From assembly GCF_037042905.1 (NCBI RefSeq), contig NC_087251.1, positions 33,296,001-33,356,000 on the forward strand: DNA of 60,000 nt, read 5' to 3'. The notes under the pieces are model-generated. The model was not told the origin of the DNA. It did not search any database and saw only the letters and a list, made by a program, of their open reading frames with translations. Made by a program: the position numbers and the translations under genes. Origin of the DNA: Lytechinus pictus (lineage: Eukaryota). Shown piece by piece: positions 13,142 to 25,089 of this stretch (within the stretch, counting starts at the first letter, position 1; every line of letters starts with the position of its first letter).

Positions 13142-14097
13142 TTTTTGTCTCACCTGCATAGCAGAGTGAGACTATAGGCGCCGCTTTTCCGACGGCGACG
13201 GCGGCGGCGGCGTCAACACCAAATCTTAACCTGAGGTTAAGTTTTTGAAATGACAGCATAACTTAGAAAGTATATGGACCTAGTTCATGAAACTTGGCCA
13301 TAAGGTTAATCAAGTATTACTGAACATCCTGCCTGAGTTTCATGTCACATGACCAAGGTCAAAGGTCATTTAGGGTCAATGAACTTGGACCATGTTGGGG
13401 GAATCAACATCAAAATCTTAACCTAAGGTTAAGTTTTTGAAATGTCATCATAACTTAGAAAATATATGGACCTAGTTCATGAAACTTATACATAAGGTTA
13501 ATCAAGTATCACTGAACATCCTGCATGAGTTTCACGTCACATGACCAAGGTCAAAGGTCATTTAGGGTCAATGAACTTTGGCCGAATTGGGGGTATCTGT
13601 TGAATTACCATCATAACTTTGAAAGTTTATGGATCTGATTCATGAAACTTGGACATAATAGTAATCAAGTATTACTGAACATCCTGTGCAAGTTTCAGGT
13701 CACATGATCAAGGTCAAAGGTCATTTAGGGTCAATGAACTTTGGCCAAATTGGGGTATTTGTTGAATTACAGCCATAAATTTGAAAGTGTGTTGGTCTAG
13801 TTCATAAAACTTGGACATAATAGTAATCAAGTATCACTGAACATCCTGTGCGAGTTTCAGGTCACATGATCAAGGTCAAAGGTCATGTAAGGTCAAAGAA
13901 CTTTGGCCACGTTGGGGGTATTTGTTGAATTGCCATCATATCTCTATAAGTGTATTGGTCTAGTTCATAAAACGTGGAAATAAGAGTAACCAAGTATCAC
14001 TGAACATCTTGTGCGAGTTATAGTAGTTTTCAAAATCAGCACTGCTGCTATATTGAATCGCGTGATGCAGGTGAGACGGCCAGAGGCATTCCACTTG
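13142..14097 (+). mobile_element. Helentron-associated (HINE/DINE-like) non-autonomous element with internal tandem array
   Basis: Subterminal IRs gtctcacctgcat (13147) / atgcaggtgagac (14065), a short 5' inverted partner gtgagac, a (GGC)n microsatellite, 5 tandem units of ~162-192 bp, T-rich flanks. Confidence 0.8.
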
Positions 14098-15224
14098 TTT
14101 ACAATCTTGTGGACTACATGTATGTTAAATTTTATAATAGAGATAATGGGAGAGAGAGAGTGAGAAAGATACACACACAAATACAAGAATGCTAGCTGAA
14201 AAACAGGACCTCATTGTTTGTATTTTCCTGAAAAATTGAGTGAAATTTTACTTGTTTTCATTACTTTTGGCATTGACGTCAGGATCACTCATTTTGGAGT
14301 GAATTTAGATGGAACCTATGAATGGTTCACACGAGTTTCACCTGTTAAAAAGAGTGAAATCCAACCAACAACAAGTGCAATTCTCTCGTTATCTGGTGAA
14401 TTTTATTCACTCTCCAAGGAGTGAACTATTCACTCAATTTAGAGCGTATTTGCGATGTTTAAGCGGAGAATGCGATTCAGTATATGGGCTCACCATCTCC
14501 GCAACTCATTCTCAGAAGTGATGTAAAATTGAATCAAATCCTTTTTAGGCCAAAAAAAGTAATCTTCCACCAAGAATCCTTCCTCACCATGACTCACTCG
14601 GCAAAGTGATGGCAGACATTAACCACATTTTATGCATAATGGTCCATTAGACTGTAGAAGGGATAAGAATGAGATTGCATCTGAAATGTCATTGACAAAT
14701 GGAAGCCCACAACATCTGAACATTTCAATAGATAGTGGTATAAACTGTCAGCCATGCATACTGCGGTTTCCTTCCAGTTTATTTCTTAGCACGTTTTAAA
14801 TTTTCTTGAAGTATATTGAATAAGATTGGTGTTTGAGAATGTTGAATGAGGGATTTTTTATGCCCTCATATTCTTAATGATTTACAGTATTTATATAATT
14901 TGAATAATAAATTTAAATAATCCTACTAATATCATGCAATTTAGATGCCTTAATAAAAGTCAGTGCTGCTGTATGTGGCGTCTTTCAGCAGAAATGTCAT
15001 TCAAATTCATTTCTTATCCTCCGTTTTCAGCATATATGGAGAGTGATGTAAGATCCCGCATACATTAATGTCACTAACATACCATGGATCTGACTTTTTA
15101 TCAGCTATACATGTATCTGAAATACTGGGTTGATACATGTCTTACATTTATATTGCACTTGTGTTTTAACATTAAGTTCTTGAATTACTTGTCACTTTAT
15201 TTACTGCTAACTTCACTCATGCAG

Positions 15225-15263
15225 CCAGATGAACCTAGCAGTACAATTCCAGATGAGTTGCAG
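15225..15263 (+). CDS. Candidate 39-nt cassette microexon of TMEM63 (PDEPSSTIPDELQ) with GC donor
   Basis: Branch-point-like gctaac, cttcactcatgcag acceptor, CAG|gcaagt donor (otherwise consensus), phase 0-0, no stop. Confidence 0.55.
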
Positions 15264-17003
15264 GCAAGTGGGATGCTTGTTCTTTAAACTTGTTTTCTCT
15301 TGATTAATCTCTCTTTGATTCAATTGCAACCATATTTAGCATGGACTTTGTAATAATTATCATTCACAACTTTATGTGTATCACCAGGATGCAAATGTTG
15401 ATTTCTGCTAGTCCGTCTTGCACTTGCCAAGATGTGTGTATCAATTATAATACATGTGCTTCTTACAATTTTTCTTTCTCTTCACTAGCTAAGCTTGCAG
15501 ATTTGTGAAGTAGTTTGATTTTGAAATTATAGATTTCTAGGTTGAATTTGTTTGACACAAGAAGAGGAAAAAACAATGTAAGTATGGAGGATGATGGAAT
15601 ATAATTGACATGGTAAAAAAAATCCAGATATGTATAGAAAAATATGAACCAAAAGGAGGTTTCTAGAATTTCATTATGTTACTGCAAAATTGGTTTCAAA
15701 GTTAGTTTTTTTTTTTCGAAATCTCATAAGAAAGAGATTCTCCTGCCTATAATGTGTCCAGGAACATCCAGGATAGTTTTCCATAGATTTTTTTTTCTTC
15801 AGCCTGTTAAAAAGAACGCTGAAAATTTTTAACATTATAAATGAAATGTACATATAGCTTAAATGTACTTTTCACACCATTTGAAACTAAAAAGAAATAT
15901 GAAGTAACCATATGAAAGTTGAGGTAGATACAGAAATATGATGATATTTCAGATCAGCAGATGTCCATGTAGAAAGATGAACCAGTTATGATATTGGGCT
16001 TATGCATTATTTACTAAAAATTATCAAAGTTTAACATAAAAGACCTCATAATAGAAAAAAAAATGGAGGAAGAAATAGATTGGGTATAAATTAAAAAAAC
16101 ATAAAGAACAAGAAGTTTTATTTGACCTTTTCTTCACATTTGCAGAGAAAGGGTCATCTTATCTCATCCTTCAAAAACATGAGAAAATTGACCAAATATT
16201 TGCTCCTCTGCCTGAATACACCAGAATATATAACTAACCTCATGTGTTCCTCTTCTTAACCCCCCCCCCCCCCCTCCCCGTTGGCTATTACCCAACATTG
16301 CATCTCATTTGGTCATTGGATGCAAGGATCTCACCAAATTACTTTGATATTGGTAACTTGCATCAAAGAATACCATGGATCACTTGACTTGCTTCGGCTG
16401 ATGTGAAATGGCTGGAGTAACTCCATCCTCCGGGGTGATCCTCCCCCGGGATACATTCCCTCCTCAAGCAGCCATGACACTTAAGCTGTTCAGTCACAGT
16501 GGATCGTTTTCCTGAGTGTGTGAAAGAAAGAAAGAAAAAAAAAGAGAGATCTGTGCTTACCCTTAAAGGTGTATCAAGACTAGCATAGAACACCCACTGG
16601 GGCATCAGCTGAGTTTCTGCTCCAAAATGTAACAAATAGCCCTACAGGTAAACATTTTGAAGGTTATTTGATCCCCACAAACTTTTATCTCGACCAGCAA
16701 TTTCATATATTATTTATAATTAATTATTTTTTACTGATAAAGCGAAATGGAATTGGCCCTCAAAAAAAATAATAATGCTGTAACTTGCAAAGGAACGACA
16801 AAGCCCTTCAATTCTTCTTAGGTTACATGAATCCCTTGAATTCTTCTTTGGTTACATTTGGACATAAAAAAATATCCTCTACAGAAAATCCCATTTGTTT
16901 TAACCCCCTGAATCTGAACTATTATGTAACTTTCATGATATTTGGATGCATAGAAAACTTCCTAAGATTTCAGGTATTACAATTTTCCAGATAACATTCA
17001 ATG

Positions 17004-17100
17004 CAATGTAAGACTCATATTGTCTCAATGTTACCCTTATATTGAATAGAAATTATGTTAAATGTGAGGGTAACATTGAGACAATATGAGTCTTACATTG
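17004..17100. repeat. Perfect 34-bp inverted repeat (hairpin)
   Basis: 17004-17037 is the exact reverse complement of 17067-17100. Confidence 0.95.
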
Positions 17101-19310
17101 ATTATGTACTATTATGTTAAATAGGTTGCATTATCTGGTAATCCTTAGGCAAGTATGGATGTCATGTTGAGCTTTATTTCTTTCTTTGAATTATGTATTT
17201 ACTTTTCTTTTAAAGAAACTAACTAAGAAAATAAAATTACAATTAATCTTTGCGTAGCTCCTTTACCATTTCTTTTTCTAGCTTCTTTTTACTTAGGTTT
17301 TTACAAGAAAATGTGTGCATTTGATCCCATTTATCTTCTGGCATTTATAAGCTTCCTTATTTTGATATTTTGATTGGTTAATATTTATTCTACATGAGAT
17401 TTCTGCATGGCTTTTTATCTTAAGCTAAGAAAACAAAATGATAAACGTTAATAAAAATCAAAGTGTTTCCAATATAATGTGTTTCTTCTGCATTAGCATA
17501 CTCATGGTACACTTTAAAAATCAATCACTATGTATTGTCACTAAATCTATGCTTGCATCTATTTTTATATGTGAATTATTTATCATACATTTATTTTCTT
17601 ACTGAATATCAAATTATAATATTCTTTTGTATGGATTATTCTTTGTAGCTTTTTGTCCGTAATAATGTAACCATTATATAAGTAAAACAATAATATTTGA
17701 CTATCTTTGCAATTATTCATACACTTAAGCTACATAGTATGCATGGATTTGATATTTTTCCCACTTTACTTATTGATTGCATCAGGTTTATAATGGCTAG
17801 TAAGTTTTAAAAAAATGTTATTTGTCGATTAGGGATTAATGAAAATCAATACTCCCAAAGGCAGTGCAATGAAAACAATTACAAAAGATTGCTTTATACG
17901 ATGTACTTTTTATTCAGAATGAAAGTTGTAACTTATTTTATGCTTATAAAAGGCATGTCTGTCAATTCATTGATAGTTTTTAAAGGTTTGTGCTTGTGTG
18001 TTTGTGAATTATAAATGTAATTTTCAATTTCTAGATTGAAGCTTGCAAATTATTTGCACAGTTTGCAATATCCTTCCTTTTCATCATCACTTGCTAAATG
18101 ATTAGCCAAATTACATGTATTGCACAATGCACATTGTATATTCTGTTTAACATGTATTAAAAATGAGATTGCCGGCTTGTTTGTTTGAACTGATACTTTG
18201 CCTGCAAGGAGAACACTTCAATGATTGTTAGGACTTGGTCGTTCCAGTACCAGGTAAACAACTTCAAACACTCGAATATGAGATGCTTCCATGATGTCTT
18301 GATGGAATATTCATATGTAAACTTAATAGATATCAAAACACAATTGCGTGAAAAAAACATTCAAATAGGGAAACATAACAATTTATATTTTTTTCTATTT
18401 ATTTGTAGCTCTGGTAATTTATTTTCCAGAATTTTCATTTTTTCAGTACCGGGATAACAAAGAGATATGTGAACAAAAATGTTAATGCATGCAGAGACAA
18501 CTGATTCTTAAATACTCTGTAAGAGAGAGAGAGTAGGAGAGAGAGCGAGAGACAAATGAAGAGAGAGATTGAGAGAGAAGCATGATCAAATCAAATACTA
18601 TCCTGATTTAGCTGTAGTAAGAGTGAGATGGTTAGATGGGGGGGGGGGGGAAAGAAGGAGAGAGATGGTGGAAAAGGAACGGGCCTAGAGGTTGTATTGC
18701 TATTCATAGATGAGGCATAACATATCTACTTTGAATATTACCCCCTAGGATTCCTCTATGGAACGCTTCTCTGGTTTCCTGAAAAAAGCATGTCTCCAGA
18801 GGGCCTACTACGCGTAGACTGCATCTTAAAACGGAAAAAAAAGTCATACATCACCTAACCCCCACTCCCAAGCTAAACCGACAAATCAAATTCCGTTTGA
18901 ACAGCCTTAGAATAAGAGTCTAAACATGGGTGTTGCTAGTCTGTTGTGCAGTGGTAGCTCCACCACGGGGACCTCCAGTAATGCATTGTTTTAAATTAAC
19001 GAGGTTTGGCCGCTCGTGTCCCATTTGCACTGCCCTTTTCAGACACATTATTCACAGTCACATAATGAGCTTTAGCGGAAATCCAGCCTGATAGCGCTAC
19101 TAGTGGGTGCTGAATCCAAATTAGTTTGCTTGTTTTCTTATGCTGCTGGCGTACAGTGGATACTGTGCAAACATGGACACTGTCATTTTGTATGCATTGA
19201 TAACAAAGTGTGCTGCTCTGACACTTGTTTCACTTTATAATGCCTTTTTATTTTTATGTTCATCCTTCTATCCCTTCATTTTTTTTTTCTTTTTTGGATC
19301 TCTCGGTCAG

Positions 19311-19385
19311 AAATTTAAACCTTATATTGGCTATGGGACATTGAGAGAAATAGTAGTTCCATATCTACCTCAGATTGTTATTTGA
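19311..19385 (+). CDS. Candidate alternative terminal exon of TMEM63 (KFKPYIGYGTLREIVVPYLPQIVI*)
   Basis: Strong T-rich tract + gtcag acceptor. Phase-0 frame open to TGA, with YGT and PYLPQI motifs. Confidence 0.4.
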   Translation, partial: KFKPYIGYGTLREIVVPYLPQIVI

Positions 19386-19489
19386 GGATTGATCAGTTAT
19401 TTCATTATCAAATCTCTTTCTGAATATAGTAGTGTAGTAATACTTCTGACCAATCCTATAGCAAGATTCTTATTATGCGGAATATAATG

Positions 19490-20500
19490 GCAATTATTTC
19501 ATTTCTACCCTGATAATTTATTCAGTTATAGTCACTGGTAATAGTTTCACATCTGCCCTGGATTATAGTCAGTTTGTCACTTGTAATAGTTTCAAGTCTA
19601 CCCTGGGTGTTAGTCATTGGTAATACTTTCACATCTACCCCGGATAATAGTCAGTTGTTAGTCATTGGTAATAGTTTCAAATCTACCCTGGATGTTAGTC
19701 ATTGGTAATACTTTCACATCTACCCCGGATAATAGTCAGTTGTTAGTCATTGGTAATAGTTTCAAATCTACCCTGGATGTTAGTCATTGGTAATACTTTC
19801 ACATCTACCCCAGATAATAGTCAGTTGTTAGTCATTGGTAATAGTTTCAAATCTACCCTGGATGTTAGTCATTAGGTAAAAATTTCATATCTTTGCTGGA
19901 TAATCAATCAGTGGTTAGTCACAGTTAATAAATTTAGTTTCTCATTGATGATTAGTTGCTGGTAATAATTCAAGTTCTGGCAATAGTTTCACATCTACCC
20001 TGGATAATTAGTCAGTGGTCATTCACTTGTAATAGTGAATAGGATGCTTTTCCAGTAGCTGCCGGTAAACTGTATTACTCTTTCATCTATCCTGGATATA
20101 TATAGCCAGGGGGTTAGTCACTGGTAATTATTTCACATCTACCCTGGTAATTAGTCACTTATTAGTCACTGATGGTAGTTTCAAATCTCCTCTGGATATT
20201 CAATCAGTGGTTAGTCACTGGTAATTTATTTCACATCTACCATGGATAAATTCAACATTGGTCATAGTTTCTCCTCTTCCCTGGTAATAAGTCAGTTGCT
20301 AGTCAGGGATGATAGTTTCACATCTACCCTGGATAATGAGTCAGTGGTCATTCACTTGTAATAGTGAACAGGATGCTTTTCCAGTAGCTGCCAGTAGCTG
20401 CCGGTAAATTGTATTACTCTTACATCTACCCTGGTTATTAAGTAAGGGGTCATTACTGATAAAGTGGTTATTGACTAGTTATAGTTCAGAGTTACCCTGG
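19490..20500 (+). repeat. Minisatellite of 37/48-bp monomers with an 85-bp higher-order core
   Basis: tagtcattggtaata(c/g)tttca(c/a)atctaccc units, with near-identical 85-bp dimers at 19611, 19696 and 19781 and degenerate flanks. Confidence 0.9.
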
Positions 20501-23500
20501 ATATTTTGCCAGCAGACGCGGACTAATATGATAGTTACGTCTACCGTGGGATCAAAGGTTATTGTTTCATCAGACTTGGGTACTAATGACAATCATCCCC
20601 ATATTTTAATACACATTTGCTCTTTTATTCTTCTATTATGTCAAAACAACCATGGAGTAGAGCTTGCCCTCCCTTTTTAGTTTGTTTTTTAAATTTAATT
20701 TTCCCCCCCCCATCTTCTCTCTCATACCATTTTTTCATTCACCTTTCCTCTTCCCTTCCTTCAAGCTAGTATCTCATGTTACACCTTGATAAGTCGATAC
20801 CTTCATTCACCATCCAATGGTACCCTACCTGGAGCTTTTCCACTGCACCATCCTTGTAATGCAATTTTGATTACAGTGCATGGGGTCTATATTGCACAGG
20901 TTTTTGTGAAGCTATGTATCATTAACAAACAACTTTTGTTATAGAAAGCTGAACAATTTTTTTTTACCTGCCAAGTGTCCCCATTTATCCTTTTGACTAC
21001 TGAATTCTGTGATTCCTATAGGGTTTTGACAGGGACTACCCAGTTCCAGTAGGCAATGGGTGAACAACAGAGAGTCCCAATTTATGTGCAAGAGGGAGCC
21101 ATAATTTCAACCACTTAGTCAATATTTTTTTGTAAAAAACCTGTCTGTAATAAAAGATGGGAAACTATGCGATGTTCCAATTTCCAGCCATGATCTCCTC
21201 ATTTGTTCCATTTTCTTGGATTTCAGGGTTGGCAGGTATGTTTCTTTTAACCACCTTAGCTAAAGTTAAAGTATGCATATGTTGGTCTTTTCTTAATTTT
21301 TTATCAAATGAACCGAATTATTTATGTTTCATTATCATGGGGGAGGGGGAAAATGATGGCTTATCAAATTTAATTAGTTTTATTTCTATGCTGTCATATC
21401 TTCTACAAATTGACAGCTCAATTATATTTCCTTCATTGTTACATTTTATCGAATTGCTCAAGTATCTCAAATGAATATGAATCGACACAAAAATGTGTTT
21501 AGACGTTGTAAATTTGCATTTAAGTACTTTTTATTTCCACTGACATTTTCAATTAAAGGAGTTGGGTGATTATTTTGTTCTATATGTTGTGAAAAAATGC
21601 ATAAAGTTGAAATACCACAGCTTGTATAGAGAATTCGACACTTTCTGCTTCTCTACTTGGTATGAATATGTGCGCCTCTGCCTGGAAATTTATCCATTAT
21701 GAATGGATATGACAGTCAGAATACTCATCTCAAGAGCTCATGGACAGGCAACTTGAGAAACGGAACCCCCTGCAGACGACATTGAGGGACGCCAAGGTCA
21801 CAGTCCCATGCAATTACTGATAACTCCCCAAGAAATCAATAATTTATCACGGATGAGGCGATAACTTGCGACTGATCGAATCCCTGCTCACCCTCGTCTT
21901 TCTTGCATGTTGTCGAATCCATCCTTGATTTAGCCTCCCTCATTTGTTTAGTGTTTAGTCCGCTGGGATCCTGCCAGATTCGTCCTGTCATGCCATATTG
22001 ATTTTCTGTTTATCAATGTTTCTTACTCTGCAAAGGAAAAGCTAAATTTAGATTTGGAACGTTTTATAAAAAGCTACATTTGACACAAATTGTGTGAGAA
22101 AATGGAGATTCTAGAATAAAGTATAGTAAGCCAGCAAATTTGTTTTGGTTTTCTGTATGCTTTGTTGATTGCTTACACTTTTTTGTTTGTTTGTTGTTAT
22201 TTTTTTGCTTTTTGGTGGTGTCTTCAAATCAGTTTAGGTTTAAGTTGTGGTTTAAATTAAAAAACAAGGTAATCCAGATTTATTTTACCAGATTACAAGA
22301 AAAATGTCTTTAAATGAAGTGATAGCAGTCTTAACAGTGTGTTCACATATATGTAGTTGAATTATTTAAGAAAACCAGCAACTTCAAATGCAGTCTATAG
22401 AGTGTAATTGGATGTATCCAACTTTGCATTAACGACTTGGCTTGCAGATTGGTTTATGCACGGTGCTGCGGTTTTCATTCATATTGGCAACACGATAATT
22501 GATTCTCTGTTGTATATTGTCTGGTGTATCTCCTTTGAGCTATTCCATGCCCACATTGTTTCTCATTAATTGGATGACATTCTGTATTCTATTATGTTAG
22601 TATGTTGTGGAAGGCTCCGCTTCATCATTGCCAGGCCGAGATGACAGGTTATCTAATGCACCATAAATCACAACCCCCTTGCTTTAGTCCTTTCCTCATG
22701 TTTTTACATTGCCATGGCTTTTGCTAGATTTGGTTTATTTGTATCTACTGCTTGGTTTTGAAATTTGAAAGATTGAGAGATTGTCCTTTTGTGACCTTGT
22801 ATTGATTCTAGCAGTATGTTCATTTTTTTTTTACTTAGGTTTCTGTTATTTTCTGTTTAGTGCTTCATACTTTTATCAGTAATTTTAAATGTTTTCCATC
22901 CCTATGCATTTGTCTCTCACACGTTTTTGTGCCCCCCCCCCCTCTGTATGTCTCGCATTCACTCTCTCTTTTACTTATTCTCTCTCTCTCTATCTCTCTC
23001 ATCCGTAATCTCATTATAACAACTAATAAATGAAATTAAACTTTGATTGGTATTGAATTCTTGGTAAAATAATGTTTTTCTTTTCTTTTTTGGCAGTTTT
23101 CTCTAACAATATCATAGGCTTGCACAACTAAAATTTCAATATTAATTACTTGTTATATCTTATAATAAAATCTAATCATTTTGTATGGGGGTAATGTAAA
23201 AATTGTGTTTGTCCCCCAATTTTCTAGAGATTCATTTTATTTATGTTTAAGTGGTATGGTCTACTCCTTTCATTATCTCAAAAGAATCATTGTCAAAAGT
23301 TTGCCTGAACAATTGGTGATGATGGCAAAAATCATCAAATCATCCAATTGTATTGAAAATATTCCTTTGTATTTGCAGAAATGTTGACAGTCCTTGAGAA
23401 TGGCCTTGGAGATATCCTCATGTTACAAATCTGCCGTAATCTTGAGATAGCCCTGTCCTTTGATTTCTTGAGAATGACCTTAAAGACATTCTCAGGTTAC

Positions 23501-24954
23501 AGAGCTTACATTACCTGGAGATTACCCTCTTATTTTCCTATTTACCCCCCTCCCCCCCCCCCAGTTATCCTCCAATTTCTTGAGGATGTCCTTGAAAACG
23601 TTCTTGAGGACATCCTTTGGAATCCATTGGCAGCTTAAGGTGGTCCTTGACCTTGACCTTACCTTGAGACCACCCTCTCACTCCTCTGCTACCCCAGCTG
23701 TTAACGAATTCCCAGGCAGCATGCCTTGAAGGATCATGTGTTGGTTGCAAGTATACTCAACATTTCATGCTGGATCTTCAATCACTCATCTTTCCTCTTC
23801 ACTTGGGAACTGCTCCTTCCGCTTTGTGTTGTGAAGTATTAGTATAAAGGGACCCATTTCATTGTCAACACCTTCCGTGATTATTTTCTTCATGTCTCAA
23901 GGGTTTCACCCAGTCTGTATTTAGTTAAAATAGGGCAGCTTGTTTTCCTTGGATGAACAAAGAAAAAAGGTGATGAATTCCAAAGAAATCATTAAAATGA
24001 TATTTCTAAGTAAGCAGAAGGTACTATGGTACATGTGGGTGAGCTCACCTCATATTTGATATAGTAGGACTGAAAAATAGAGAACATTAAGTGAAGTAAC
24101 CCATTATTATCTCACGATCTCTGTAACCCATTCACTTTTCTTCTCATGCTCCTTCTCTGCCTTCCTTCTTTTGTCCACCTCGTCACCATCCTTCTGTCCC
24201 TCTATCATTCCTTATTATTTCCACATCTTATCTTCTTTTCATCCTGTGTTCTATCTGTTCCTATTTTTCATCTTCTTCCTCATTCTTTCCCTTCCTTGCT
24301 ATCCTTTCCTGTTTCTCTCTTCATTATCCCCTTCCCTCCTCTTCTCCTATACCACTTATCTCTCCACTACACTCTTTAGATAGCATCTTCTCAAGTTGAT
24401 GTCCTCATTATTTAACACCTTCGTTTTGTTTTGCAACATGTTTGCACTGGCAGATCCTCAGTTTAATTTTGTGTAAAGAGGGTTGAAGTCTAGCAAGAAG
24501 AGGAATAGACACTAGACAGTAGTGCCAATGTAAAAGAGCCTGTTCATGGGATGGGGTGTCCTGTCTGTTGTTTACCCCCCCCCCCCCTCCCCCTCCACTC
24601 CCAATCCTGGTTCTAGCCACCATGTGGAGTTGTTGAGTCTCTCTCACAGTGTAAAATTGATAGCATTTAACCAAAGCAATGAATCATGGAGACTGTGGTC
24701 ATATTATCAACTACACCCAGACACCTTTGCTTTAATAGCATCCAGTAAACCTATCTAAGCTGTGATGTCCCTGTCTCATGCATTTATCAGCAAGCCTCCC
24801 GTATTTCATCATTCACTCTGATTAACCTTTTTTAACTCATGTTTTGGTGTTATTTTTCCCTGCATTTTGTAGTGTTCACATTTTAATCTTCCCACAAGGC
24901 CATTTTTACTTCCATTTTTCTTTTCTCATTGATGTAAACAAATATCAGTTAATC

Positions 24955-25089
24955 CTGTCGGGTACCAATTCACCTCACATAGGTTGAGTGCAGCAAAATG
25001 TGAGTATATTCTTGCTGAAATAAGATGAACCATGGCTGGGATTTGAACCTACGACCCTCTGATAAAAAGATGCGAGTCCGAACCACTAG
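24955..25089 (-). mobile_element. tRNA-derived SINE fragment
   Basis: Minus strand reads tagtggttcggactc...ggtcgtaggttcaaatcccagccatgg (A/B boxes), followed by gctgcactcaacc..gaggtgaattggtacc body. Confidence 0.7.

Noticed and set aside
19490..20500. Minisatellite as a CRISPR array
   Set aside because: Units are contiguous tandem copies with no unique spacers.
21640..21830. Coding-looking GC-richer patch (EYSSQELMDRQLEKRNPLQ...)
   Set aside because: No convincing splice acceptor in a compatible phase.
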